DNA of 64,000 bases from Nibricoccus sp. (GTDB lineage Bacteria > Verrucomicrobiota > Verrucomicrobiia > Opitutales > Opitutaceae): positions 1,151,133 through 1,215,132 of the forward strand of contig JASGKG010000001.1 in the NCBI GenBank assembly GCA_047600805.1, given 5' to 3'. Numbering within the stretch: the stretch's first letter is position 1; every line of letters begins with the position of its first letter. The position numbers were made by a program, and so were the translations under genes. The notes under the pieces are model-generated. The model worked only from the letters and a program-made list of their open reading frames with translations, had not been told where the DNA came from and did not search any database. This document shows positions 9,861 to 18,538 of the stretch, piece after piece.

Positions 9861-11248
9861 TTCTTTTTATGATTTTTCATCCACTTTCTAAACTGACCGC
9901 CCCGCCAAGGAGGCAGGCCTCGATCATCGATCCAACTTTTAGCGGCGCGAGGCAGTAAGGCGTGCGGCACAACGTTGATCAGGCCGCCCATCGCAAGTGC
10001 CGATTTCCAAGCAACCGGCATCGTTGCGCCGAGAGCCCAAGCACCAAGCGGAGGTGCGGCAGCTCCGGCCGCTTCGCTGTGCTCCAGCTTGCCGCGATTC
10101 CGTAGCCGCAGGAGCAGGTCGGGAATGGGGATGTTGACGGGGCAGACCTCGTTGCACGCGCCGCAAAGACTGGAGGCTTTGGGTAAGTCTGCTAGTTCTG
10201 GAAAACGTTTGCCCGCGAGTAACGGCGAAAGGACGGCGCCGACCGGTCCCGGATAAACGCTGCGATAGGCGTGGCCGCTGGCCTGGCGGTAAACCGGGCA
10301 GACATTCAGGCAAGCGCCGCAACGAATGCAGCGGAGGATTTCTTTGCACTCGCTGGCGAGCACGTCGGTGCGGCCATTGTCCACAAAGATGACGTGCATC
10401 TCTTCTGGGCCGTCTGGTTGGTTAGCGCTTTTCGGGCCGGAAATGAACTCGGTGTAAACCGTGAGCTGCTGGCCCGTGCCGGAACGTGCGAGGAGATTGA
10501 GGAAGATCGCCAGGTCGCGGTCGCGCGGTACGATTTTTTCGATGCCGATCAGCGCGATATGAATCTTAGTTGCGGCGAGAGAGAACCGCGAATTGCCCTC
10601 GTTGGTGACGAGAACGATGCGGCCGCTTTCGGCTGAAACGAAATTTGCGCCCGTGATGCCCACGTCGGCCTGGAGGTATTTGTGGCGCAAATACTGGCGG
10701 GCTCGGCGGGTGATTGTCTCTGGATCATCGTTGTAGTCGCCGAGGCCGTTTTCCTCAAACAGCTTTGCGATTTCGCGGCGATTCTTGTGAATGATCGGTT
10801 TGACGATGTGCGAGGGATGGTCGTGGCCGATTTGAACGATGAATTCGCCTAGGTCGGTTTCGAGGCATTCAATGCCTTCCTTTTCCAGATACGGAGCCAG
10901 GCCGATTTCTTCGCTCACCATCGTTTTGGCTTTGACGATTTTCGTCGCGTTCCGCGCCCGCATGATTTCGAGCACACGCTGGCACGCCTCGCCGGCATCT
11001 TCGGCCCAGTGAACTTTCGCGCCGTTGGCCTGAAGTTTGGCTTCAACCTGTGGCAGGTACGTGTCGAGATTTTCGATGGTGTGCTGCTTGATGTCGCCTG
11101 CGAGTTTCCGCAGATTGTCGGGAGCAGGGTAGTGCGTGAAAAGCGCTTTCTTGCGGCTGTCGTAGCCAGCTTTCGAGCCGCCATAGACCGCGGAACGTTT
11201 GTCGGCTGCGAGTTTGGCCGCGTACTGATCGATTTGTTGGTATTTCAT
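9857..11248 (-). CDS. lutB: lactate utilization protein B (LutB/YkgF), 4Fe-4S iron-sulfur protein
   Basis: Ferredoxin-type cluster motifs CIRCGACLNVCPVYRQ and CGACNEVCPVNIP plus a C-terminal LUD-like region. Its stop overlaps the lutC start. Confidence 0.9.
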   Translation of the reverse strand: MKYQQIDQYAAKLAADKRSAVYGGSKAGYDSRKKALFTHYPAPDNLRKLAGDIKQHTIENLDTYLPQVEAKLQANGAKVHWAEDAGEACQRVLEIMRARNATKIVKAKTMVSEEIGLAPYLEKEGIECLETDLGEFIVQIGHDHPSHIVKPIIHKNRREIAKLFEENGLGDYNDDPETITRRARQYLRHKYLQADVGITGANFVSAESGRIVLVTNEGNSRFSLAATKIHIALIGIEKIVPRDRDLAIFLNLLARSGTGQQLTVYTEFISGPKSANQPDGPEEMHVIFVDNGRTDVLASECKEILRCIRCGACLNVCPVYRQASGHAYRSVYPGPVGAVLSPLLAGKRFPELADLPKASSLCGACNEVCPVNIPIPDLLLRLRNRGKLEHSEAAGAAAPPLGAWALGATMPVAWKSALAMGGLINVVPHALLPRAAKSWIDDRGLPPWRGGQFRKWMKNHKKK

Positions 11249-12018
11249 TTGGCGGCTCCTTCGTTGTTCTTCAACGCATCGCGAAGCAACTGCGCGACGT
11301 GCATCGACTTGATCGGCTGGCCCTGTTTTTCCGCTAGGCCACCGAGGTGCATCAGGCAGCTCATATCGGCGGAGAGAATCACATCCGGCTGAGCGGCACG
11401 CAGGTGGCTCAGCTTCAACTCACCCATCGATTTCGAAATGTTCGGAAAGGTGACCGAGAAGGTGCCGCCGAAACCGCAGCATTGCTCGAACTCATCGAAA
11501 TCGACAAGCTGCACGCCTTTGATCGAGCGCAGGAGTGTGTAGACCGCCTCGGTGGAGTTGCTCCCGCGAAGGTGGCACGAGCGGTGAAAAGCGATTTTTG
11601 CGTCGAAGCGGCCGCCCCAGGTTTTTATGCCGAGGCCGTTGACGATGTAGTCGCAGAGCTCCCACGTGCGATTGCCGAGCTGTTTCACATCGGCAAGATC
11701 GGGTTCGTTTTCAAACTCGAGCACAGCGCCATGATACATCATCGCCGCACACGAACCAGATGGCACCACCACGGGCGCTTCGCCGGCGAAGGTCTTGACG
11801 GCATGACGGACGACTTTGCGCGAAGAAGCCCAATCGCCACCGTTAAACGCGGGCTGGCCGCAGCAAGTCTGGCCTTCGGGGAAGTCGATTTCGCAGCCGA
11901 GATGTTCGAGAACTTCGACGGTTGCGGCAGCAACGTCGTCGTAAAAAGCGTCACAAAGGCACGTCGCCATGAGTTGGATACGTTTGCCGTTTGGGCGCGA
12001 GGGCGATGTCGTAGACAT
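11245..12018 (-). CDS. lutA: lactate utilization protein A (LutA/YkgE), CCG-domain Fe-S oxidoreductase
   Basis: MATCLCDAFYDDV...GQTCCGQPAFNGG...SCAAMM...CCGFGGTF are the paired cysteine-rich CCG domains of LutA. There is a 4-bp overlap with the lutB start. Confidence 0.85.
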   Translation of the reverse strand: MSTTSPSRPNGKRIQLMATCLCDAFYDDVAAATVEVLEHLGCEIDFPEGQTCCGQPAFNGGDWASSRKVVRHAVKTFAGEAPVVVPSGSCAAMMYHGAVLEFENEPDLADVKQLGNRTWELCDYIVNGLGIKTWGGRFDAKIAFHRSCHLRGSNSTEAVYTLLRSIKGVQLVDFDEFEQCCGFGGTFSVTFPNISKSMGELKLSHLRAAQPDVILSADMSCLMHLGGLAEKQGQPIKSMHVAQLLRDALKNNEGAAK

Positions 12019-12133
12019 GAGACGTGAGAGAGTATTTTTCGCGGTTTACGGTACAATCGCAAACGTTCGCCCGGGGGAGTGATTTTTGTCGATATGTCAG
12101 ATTCGATTAGCCAAGCTTAACGGCGATTTCCCC

Positions 12134-13567
12134 ATGGCTTCCACAACCTATTGCGCTGCTGTCGATCTAGGCGCCACGAGCGGCCGAGTCATTCTCGGTT
12201 CTTGGGCAAAAAATCAGCTTCGGCTGAACGAAGTTCACCGGTTTCCCAATGCGTTTCGCTCGATTAACGGGCACGATTATTGGGAAATCGGCACCCTTTG
12301 GAATGAAGTGCAAACCGGGCTGCGGAAAGCGATCGCCGCACTTCCGAAAGGCGCGAAACTCTCGTCAGTCGGTGCCGACACCTGGGGCGTTGACTACGTT
12401 TTGCTGAACGATGCAGGACGCCTCGTTTTTCCGATGCACGCCTACCGCGATGCTCGTACACAGGCCGGGCTGACGAAACTCGGCAACACACGCGCGGCAC
12501 TTGATCGCGTTTACGCGGCCACAGGCATCCCGAATGTGTTTTATAACAGCAGTCTTCAGCTAGCGGAAGTCGTGGCGAACTGTCCGGCCATCGAGGATAT
12601 GGCGACGCGCTGCCTCTTCCTGCCGGACTACTTAAATTATCTTCTCTCCGGTCGCATGGAGAACGAGCTGACGATCGCCAGCACGACCCAGCTTCTCGAC
12701 GTGCATTCGCGTGACTGGTCGCGTCAGGCGCTCGACTATTTCCGTATTCCGGCGGGTTGGTTCACGAAACCGGTTCTTGCAGGAACGAAGCTTGGAAATG
12801 TCGTGAATTTCCCGGAACTGAAGAGCGTAAAAGTGATCGCCGTGCCGGGCCACGACACCGCCGCTGCGTATGACGCGATGCCGGCCGATCCAGACGGCAG
12901 CGATCTTTTCCTCAGCTCGGGTACATGGTCACTGGTTGGCTTCGAAAGCGACAAGCCTGTCCTTGGCAAGGAAGCGCTCGCGGCTCGCGTTGCTAACGAA
13001 CGGATCGGCGACGGCCGTTATCGTCCGCTGACCAACGTGATCGGCTTCTGGTTGCTGGAAGGCGTGATGAAGGCTTTCCCCAATCGCCCGCAGAAAGAAG
13101 AAGAACGCGCCAAGCTCAACGCCGCCGCCGCTGCGTTGCCCGCGCCGAAACAGCTTCTTGATACAACTGATCCCGTTTTTGCAAATCCACCTTCGATGCG
13201 CGCGGCGATCGACGCGCAGCTTAAGAAAAAGGGCGCGCGTCCTCCCAAGGACCTTGCTGGCTACCTGCGCCTCATCTGTGACTCGCTCGGCCAGGGCCAT
13301 GCCAACGCGAAAGCGAACTTTGAGCGCATGACAGGCCGGAAGTTCAAGCGGATCCTGGTGGTGGGCGGTGGTTCGCGTAATAAGCTCATGTGCCAGGCGA
13401 CAGCCGATGCTGCGGGTATTCCGGTAATTTCCTTCAGCCTCGAAGGCACAGCAGTGGGCAACATAGCCAGCCAGCTCATCTCGCTCGGCGCGGTGAAAGA
13501 CAAAGCGACTTTCCGCAAGCACCTCAGCGCGGGGCTCGAAAAAGCTGTCTACACGCCGCGCGCTTAA
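12134..13567 (+). CDS. rhaB: rhamnulokinase (FGGY carbohydrate kinase)
   Basis: Closely parallels E. coli RhaB: AAVDLGATSGRV, EVHRFPN, DTWGVDYVLL, AYRDARTQ, SGTWSLVGFES, GNIASQLISLG. I chose the start at MASTTY (the ORF track extends to 12086). Confidence 0.85.
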   Translation: MASTTYCAAVDLGATSGRVILGSWAKNQLRLNEVHRFPNAFRSINGHDYWEIGTLWNEVQTGLRKAIAALPKGAKLSSVGADTWGVDYVLLNDAGRLVFPMHAYRDARTQAGLTKLGNTRAALDRVYAATGIPNVFYNSSLQLAEVVANCPAIEDMATRCLFLPDYLNYLLSGRMENELTIASTTQLLDVHSRDWSRQALDYFRIPAGWFTKPVLAGTKLGNVVNFPELKSVKVIAVPGHDTAAAYDAMPADPDGSDLFLSSGTWSLVGFESDKPVLGKEALAARVANERIGDGRYRPLTNVIGFWLLEGVMKAFPNRPQKEEERAKLNAAAAALPAPKQLLDTTDPVFANPPSMRAAIDAQLKKKGARPPKDLAGYLRLICDSLGQGHANAKANFERMTGRKFKRILVVGGGSRNKLMCQATADAAGIPVISFSLEGTAVGNIASQLISLGAVKDKATFRKHLSAGLEKAVYTPRA

Positions 13568-13586
13568 TCTTCTGCAGCTTTGAAAG

Positions 13587-13619
13587 AAGCCCGGCTCGCA
13601 CAGCCGGGCTTTTTGTTGT
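13587..13619 (+). terminator. Rho-independent terminator after rhaB (possibly bidirectional; the convergent pectate lyase gene ends at 13756)
   Basis: GC-rich hairpin AAGCCCGGCT-cgcac-AGCCGGGCTT immediately followed by TTTTGTTGT, 20 nt after the rhaB stop. Confidence 0.6.
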
Positions 13620-13755
13620 CCCGTTTGAACCGCGGGGGTCGCGGAGTACGCAGAGGATGCAGCAGACAAACTGTTGGCATCTACAACGCGACCGTCACCG
13701 TTCCTCAGACTTCTGCGCTCTCCGCGACCTCCGCGGTTAATCCCTTCATTTGAAT

Positions 13756-15600
13756 TTACTTCGCGTGAGGATCGCGGCTGTTGATGAAGTCCTCGATAAA
13801 AGTGTAACCGCCTTTATCAACCGTGTTGGCATCGGCGGGATTCTTTGGATCGAGCTTGTGAGTGATTTCCCACTCGTCGGGCATGCCGTCGCCGTCGGAG
13901 TCCTTGTAAGGCGTACCTTCGTATTTTGGATAACCGCCGACTTCGGATGGATCGGTGATGAAGCCTTTTGTTACGAGTTCCTTCTGTTCGTCCAGAACCT
14001 CTTGCTTATAACCAACCGCAAGAACTCGCGGGGGCGTTCCTTCGGCCATCGTTGCATTGCCAACTTTGCCGGTGCGGACCATTTCGATCACGCGTTGATC
14101 GACGGCGTCACGTTTTGGCAAAGTCGCGCCGACGTTCGCCAAGACGAAAGAGTAGGCCTCAGCGGCAGGTTGGATCGTGAGCGGGGCGTGCGTGAAGGGC
14201 TCGTTTACGCGAATGCTTTTTAGTGCTTCCGCCTCGGACGTCGTCACGAGCTTCAACTGCGCGAGCTTCGCTTCGACGTCGGCTTTGTAGGCAGCGAGTT
14301 TTTCCGGATCGGAGGGAGCTTTTTTCATCAGCTCTTCGCGGACTTCCTCCTTTGTTTCGACGGCAGGCTGCACACCGCCGTCCCAATTGTCTTTGGTGAC
14401 GCGTTCGTTGCCTTCGACGACGTTGCCGTTGACGTAGGCTTTGCCGTAGTGATTAGCGATGGTTTTACTGCGTTCGCTCTCGGGCTTCAGCAATCGGTGA
14501 GACACCGCTTCTTTAGGCGTGCCAGGGCCGGGTTTGTAGTAGTTGTTAATGATATTGTAGAAGCTCCGGTGGTCACCGCCGTCGGTCGTGCGATGGCGCC
14601 AGTTGAAGACCACGTTATTGGCGAAAGTGAAATCTCCGTACATGCCGACGCTTGGGTTGCGGCCCGTGTTGCAGGCCCAAAGGTTGTGGTGGAACGTGCT
14701 GTTCATCCCGCCGATGGTCGAGCCAAAGGCATGGTGGTAAGTGTTGAGCGCCTCGGAAAAGATCGAATTCTGGATCGTCACATTGACGGTCGGCAGCTTG
14801 AGTTCTTTGCCCGATTTCGGGCGATACATGTGGCGGTACATCGACATGTTTTCATCGAGACCCCACGACGCGGAAACGTGATCAATGATGAGATTGCCCA
14901 CCGGATTTCCTCCAAAGGAATCGTTGCGGTCGGTGACTTCCAGTGCGCCGCGGCGGAAGCGCATATAGCGAATGATGATGTCGTGCGTTTCGAGTTCGAC
15001 CGTATTGCCGGCAATGCAGACGCCGTCGCCAGGGGCGGTGTTGCCCGCAATCGTGATGTAGGGAGCGCGCACGCGAATGCGATCTTTTAACCGAATGATA
15101 CCGGCAACGTTAAAAACAATTACGCGCGGACCGGCCGCTTCACAGGCTTCGCGGAAACTACCAAGGCCGGAGTCGTTGAGATTTGTTACAACGAAGACTT
15201 TGCCGCCGCGTCCACCGAACGAATACATACCACCACCTTCGGCGCCAGGAAACGCAGGGATCGTGGCCTGGGGCAACTCTTCGTAAACGCCGCCGCCCTT
15301 GGTGCCGTTGAACTTTTCACGATTTATCCAAGCCTCAATCTCGGCGGCAGATTTCGTGTCGAGGATGTGGTAGGAGGTTTCGCCAGCGTTTGGGACGTAC
15401 AGTTTGCCCTTCGCGGCCCAAGCCTCGATTTCGGGCTGAGCTTTTGCGAAAGCGTCGTCGGAGCGTTTGTCGGCAGCAGCCTTCTGCTCGTCGGCGGGTT
15501 GCTGCACGGCAGGTGGAATTTTGGGATAACCTTGAGCGAAAGCCGCTGAGGTGAGAACGGCCGCTGCCAGGGAGAAGGTTGCAAGGGATTTGAGGATCAT
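13756..15600 (-). CDS. secreted pectate lyase, PL1 family (parallel beta-helix), with C-terminal Ca-binding D-x-D-G-D type motif
   Basis: Signal peptide MILKSLATFSLAAAVLTSAAFAQ. PL1-type motifs LIIDHVSASWGLDE (vWIDH region) and ...NTGRNPSVG. C-terminal DSDGDGMPDEWE. I trimmed the start to the Met preceding the signal peptide. Confidence 0.8.
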   Translation of the reverse strand: MILKSLATFSLAAAVLTSAAFAQGYPKIPPAVQQPADEQKAAADKRSDDAFAKAQPEIEAWAAKGKLYVPNAGETSYHILDTKSAAEIEAWINREKFNGTKGGGVYEELPQATIPAFPGAEGGGMYSFGGRGGKVFVVTNLNDSGLGSFREACEAAGPRVIVFNVAGIIRLKDRIRVRAPYITIAGNTAPGDGVCIAGNTVELETHDIIIRYMRFRRGALEVTDRNDSFGGNPVGNLIIDHVSASWGLDENMSMYRHMYRPKSGKELKLPTVNVTIQNSIFSEALNTYHHAFGSTIGGMNSTFHHNLWACNTGRNPSVGMYGDFTFANNVVFNWRHRTTDGGDHRSFYNIINNYYKPGPGTPKEAVSHRLLKPESERSKTIANHYGKAYVNGNVVEGNERVTKDNWDGGVQPAVETKEEVREELMKKAPSDPEKLAAYKADVEAKLAQLKLVTTSEAEALKSIRVNEPFTHAPLTIQPAAEAYSFVLANVGATLPKRDAVDQRVIEMVRTGKVGNATMAEGTPPRVLAVGYKQEVLDEQKELVTKGFITDPSEVGGYPKYEGTPYKDSDGDGMPDEWEITHKLDPKNPADANTVDKGGYTFIEDFINSRDPHAK

Positions 15601-15764
15601 GGCGCGTTTGTGATGTAGGTAATTTAGCGTGATCGCTCGAAAACGCACGTTTCCGCATCTGCGAAATTTATTTCATGAAAAAGCCCGAGGATTAAAGCCC
15701 CGGGCTGCAGAAGGGAGAGTTGGTGTCCGATCGTCAGCGGTTAGGCAGCGTCGGAGACGTATGT

Positions 15765-16697
15765 TCAGGCTTTGGGTTTCACCTTGGCCCAAATTTCCTG
15801 AAGGGCGCGGGCGCTGGCTTGGAGACCAGACAGTTCTTTAGGCCAGAGCGATAGTTCGACTTGGTCGATCACGCCGGCGCGGCCAACCACGGTCGGCACG
15901 CTGATCGAAACGTCGCGGAGGCCGTACTTGCCTTGTTGCAGCGACGAAACGGGCAAGAGCTGGCGCTTGTCGTGAGCGATGCAATGAACGACTTCCGCGA
16001 TGGTGAGGCCAACAGCCCAACCGGCGCCGCCTTTGCGGCGAATGACTTCGGCGCCGCTGTTCTTGGTGCGGTCGAATAGTTGGGTTTGGAAAGAGGGCGT
16101 TACGCCCGGCAGTTTCTCAAGCGGCAGACCCGCTGCGGTCGCGCTCGACCAAATCGGAACCATTGTGTCGCCGTGCTCACCGAGGATGAGGGCTTTGACT
16201 TGCGTCGGAGCGAGCTTGAGTTCGGCGGCGATCAGCGAGCGGAAGCGCGCGGTGTCGAGCATCGTGCCGAGGCCGATCACTTGTTTCCATGGCAGACCGA
16301 GGCGAACGGCGGCGAGCTGTGTGAGGATGTCGACCGGATTCGAGACGACGAAGACGATCGCATCTTTCCGGAAGCCGGCTTGTTTGATGGAGGTGAGAAT
16401 ACCGTCGAAAAGGGCGACGTTGCGATTGATCAGATCGAGCCGGGATTCGTCGGGTTTCCGGCGAAGGCCGGCGGTAATGACGAAGATGTCGCTGTCGGCT
16501 GCTTTGGCGTAATCGCCCGAGTAGATGCGTTGATCGGCGATGACGGAAGTGCCGTGCAGGAGATCGAGCGCTTCGCCCGCTGCGAGATCAGCGTTGGCGT
16601 CGAGGATTTGAATTTCGGAAACGATGCCGGCGCATTGGAGCGCGAACGCAGCATTTGATCCGACGCGGCCACCGCCGCCGATGATGGAAACTTTCAT
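15765..16697 (-). CDS. L-2-hydroxyacid dehydrogenase of the LDH/MDH family (Arg at the substrate-specificity position suggests malate-dehydrogenase-type)
   Basis: MKVSIIGGGGRVGSNAAFAL Rossmann motif. Loop ITAGLRRKPDESRLDL (LDH has Q, MDH has R before K). Active-site region ILGEHGDTMVP. Confidence 0.8.
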   Translation of the reverse strand: MKVSIIGGGGRVGSNAAFALQCAGIVSEIQILDANADLAAGEALDLLHGTSVIADQRIYSGDYAKAADSDIFVITAGLRRKPDESRLDLINRNVALFDGILTSIKQAGFRKDAIVFVVSNPVDILTQLAAVRLGLPWKQVIGLGTMLDTARFRSLIAAELKLAPTQVKALILGEHGDTMVPIWSSATAAGLPLEKLPGVTPSFQTQLFDRTKNSGAEVIRRKGGAGWAVGLTIAEVVHCIAHDKRQLLPVSSLQQGKYGLRDVSISVPTVVGRAGVIDQVELSLWPKELSGLQASARALQEIWAKVKPKA

Positions 16698-16734
16698 AAT
16701 TAGCTCCTAAATCTAAAGAGTGCCGAGGTTTTGT

Positions 16735-16808
16735 TAGTCACGCAAAGTCACAAAGACGCAAAGGAAGAAGTATCGAACTTTGCGACTTGGCGTCTTTGTG
16801 TGAGACTC
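16735..16808. promoter_or_regulatory. long imperfect inverted repeat in the aldolase / LDH-MDH intergenic region
   Basis: GTCACGCAAAGTCACAAAGACGC ... GCGTCTTTGTGTGAGACT with an inner ACTTTGCGACT arm. It lies between the aldolase stop (16810) and the dehydrogenase start (16697). Confidence 0.3.
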
Positions 16809-16809
16809 G

Positions 16810-17895
16810 TCAGCGTTTTAACTGCTTGAGGATTTCTTCGGTGAGCTTCTGGACGAGCCCTTCAATTTCTGGCGTGGGCTTCGGATCGGCGGAAGCAGCA
16901 GAAGCGCCGTGAGCGGGGACTTCGCAAACCGCGCCCGGACGGAATTCCGCGCTGTCGCAGAGTTCACATTCTTTGAGGTTGGCGCGAGGATCGGGCATGC
17001 CGAGCTTTTGGCGGAGATTGATGAGCTCTTTGGCCTGACCGCCCGTGAAACGATGAAGTCCGCTACCCAAACCAGCTGCTATCCACACCGTACGGCAATA
17101 GGAATCGATGTTCTCCATCTTCCAGTAGGCGTCTTCGACGTCCTTGCCCCAAACGATCACACCGTGGTTTTGCATGAGAACGGCCTGGTGGTCTTTGCCG
17201 ACTTCGCCGACTTCATCGGAATTGGCGGGCGTGCCTGGCGTCTGGTATTTCGCGACGCCGATCTTGCCGAGGAAGACTTCGGCTTCAGGAATCAGGCAGG
17301 AAGGAATGGAAACATTGGCGATGGCAAACGCGGTGGCGTGCGGTGGGTGAGCGTGCACGCAGGCCTTGGCGGCGGGCTGGCGTTTCATGATCCCGAAGTG
17401 CGTCTTGGCCTCGGAGGTGCGAACGCGTGTACCTGCGAGTTGGTTACCGTCGAGGTCGGTCAGGCACATGTCCTCGGGCTTCATGAAGCCTTTGCAGATG
17501 AGAGTGGGCGTGGTGAGGGCGAGGTTGTCGCCGACGCGGATGGTGATGTTGCCGCCGTTGCCGTCGGTGTACTCGCGAGTCCAGAGGCGCGAACCCATGT
17601 CGCAGATGCGCTGCTTGAGGACGTTGATCGCGGGAGAGTTGAAAAACTTTTCGATTTCCGCGGGCGTCTTCGGATCGCTGCCGGGCGTCCATCTAAATTC
17701 GTAGTCGGGAATCGACGGAGCGGCAGGTTTGCCGGTCGCGCGCGCGGGGCCGACGCTGTTTTTGGCGGCTTGGGCGGCGCGCTTTTGATCGTCGATAAAA
17801 TCGCGGGCCGACGGCGTAAGGATGGCGCCTTCGGGAATGGATTGACCGGAGCGGATCAGCGCTTCGACTTCGCGGGCAGTGAGGATCTGAGGCAT
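16810..17895 (-). CDS. class II aldolase (rhamnulose-1-P / fuculose-1-P aldolase type) with N-terminal extension consistent with a BMC encapsulation peptide
   Basis: Aldolase_II core (GGNITIRV..., HAHPPHATAFA, NHGVIVWG). It is preceded by about 80 extra residues, MPQILTAREVEALIRSG..., and a Pro/Ala-rich linker. The Met 24 nt downstream of the BMC-P stop is the plausible start. Confidence 0.85.
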   Translation of the reverse strand: MPQILTAREVEALIRSGQSIPEGAILTPSARDFIDDQKRAAQAAKNSVGPARATGKPAAPSIPDYEFRWTPGSDPKTPAEIEKFFNSPAINVLKQRICDMGSRLWTREYTDGNGGNITIRVGDNLALTTPTLICKGFMKPEDMCLTDLDGNQLAGTRVRTSEAKTHFGIMKRQPAAKACVHAHPPHATAFAIANVSIPSCLIPEAEVFLGKIGVAKYQTPGTPANSDEVGEVGKDHQAVLMQNHGVIVWGKDVEDAYWKMENIDSYCRTVWIAAGLGSGLHRFTGGQAKELINLRQKLGMPDPRANLKECELCDSAEFRPGAVCEVPAHGASAASADPKPTPEIEGLVQKLTEEILKQLKR

Positions 17896-17918
17896 GGGAA
17901 ACGTGTGAATTAAAAGTG

Positions 17919-18239
17919 TTAGTTGGGGAGCGGCTCGTAGTTGATGCGTTCGACGATGCAAGCGACGTAGGCGTCAACCGGAGCGGGGCCGGTAAAAGGT
18001 TGGGTGGCTTCGGCGCCTTCGGTGATACCAACGATGCTGCCTTGGCCCGCGCCGAGTTGATCGTAAACGACGAGGCTCGAACCTTTCGCCAGAGGCACGG
18101 GAGGGGCGCCGGCGAACTGCGCTTTGGAAAACGGCTGCACGATCAGCAGGCGACCGCCTTCGTAAACGGGTTCCTTTTGCGTAAGGGTGATGCGGCCGAT
18201 GACAGTTCCGAGGCGCATGTCAGTCCTTTCGCTTTTCAA
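17919..18239 (-). CDS. BMC vertex protein (BMC-P, EutN/CcmL/PduN family) 3 of 3
   Basis: MRLGTVIGRITLTQKEPVYEGGRLLIVQP...VVYDQLGAGQGSIVGITEGAEA is the EutN/CcmL fold signature. Confidence 0.85.
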   Translation of the reverse strand: MKSERTDMRLGTVIGRITLTQKEPVYEGGRLLIVQPFSKAQFAGAPPVPLAKGSSLVVYDQLGAGQGSIVGITEGAEATQPFTGPAPVDAYVACIVERINYEPLPN

Positions 18240-18495
18240 TCGGATCGACGATGCCGACGATCAGATTGCGCAGAGGCGTTTTCGGATCTTTGACGAGCTC
18301 GCGCGTGGCGGACCCGTCGGTGGAAAGGATCACATGCTCATGCAGTCCTGCGCCGAGACAATCGATTGCGAGGATTGGCGTGCCTTCTTCATTCCCGTCC
18401 GCATCGATCGGCTGACAAATCACCGTGCGGTAGCCTTCCATGCTGGGATGGTGGGCTGCCGTGACGATGTTGCCGTCGATGCGAGCAAGATTCAT
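18220..18495 (-). CDS. BMC vertex protein (BMC-P, EutN/CcmL/PduN family) 2 of 3
   Basis: MNLARIDGNIVTAAHHPSMEGYRTVICQPID...AIDCLGAGLHEHVILSTDGSA. The ORF-track N-terminus (to 18657) overlaps the aldehyde dehydrogenase, so I placed the start at the internal Met. Confidence 0.8.
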   Translation of the reverse strand: MNLARIDGNIVTAAHHPSMEGYRTVICQPIDADGNEEGTPILAIDCLGAGLHEHVILSTDGSATRELVKDPKTPLRNLIVGIVDPIEKRKD

Positions 18496-18538
18496 GCAGA
18501 AGGAGTCAGGATTCGGGATACAGGAGCCAGGAGCTGAG

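Noticed and set aside
16909-17913. 334-aa plus-strand ORF antisense to the class II aldolase. The same pattern occurs at 11347..12027 (antisense to lutA), 16080..16658 (antisense to the LDH/MDH gene), 19175..20014 (antisense to the aldehyde dehydrogenase) and 20222..20713
   Set aside because: Gly/Arg/Ala-rich translations with no motifs. Each lies opposite a gene with clear family signatures. High-GC codon bias creates long stop-free antisense frames.
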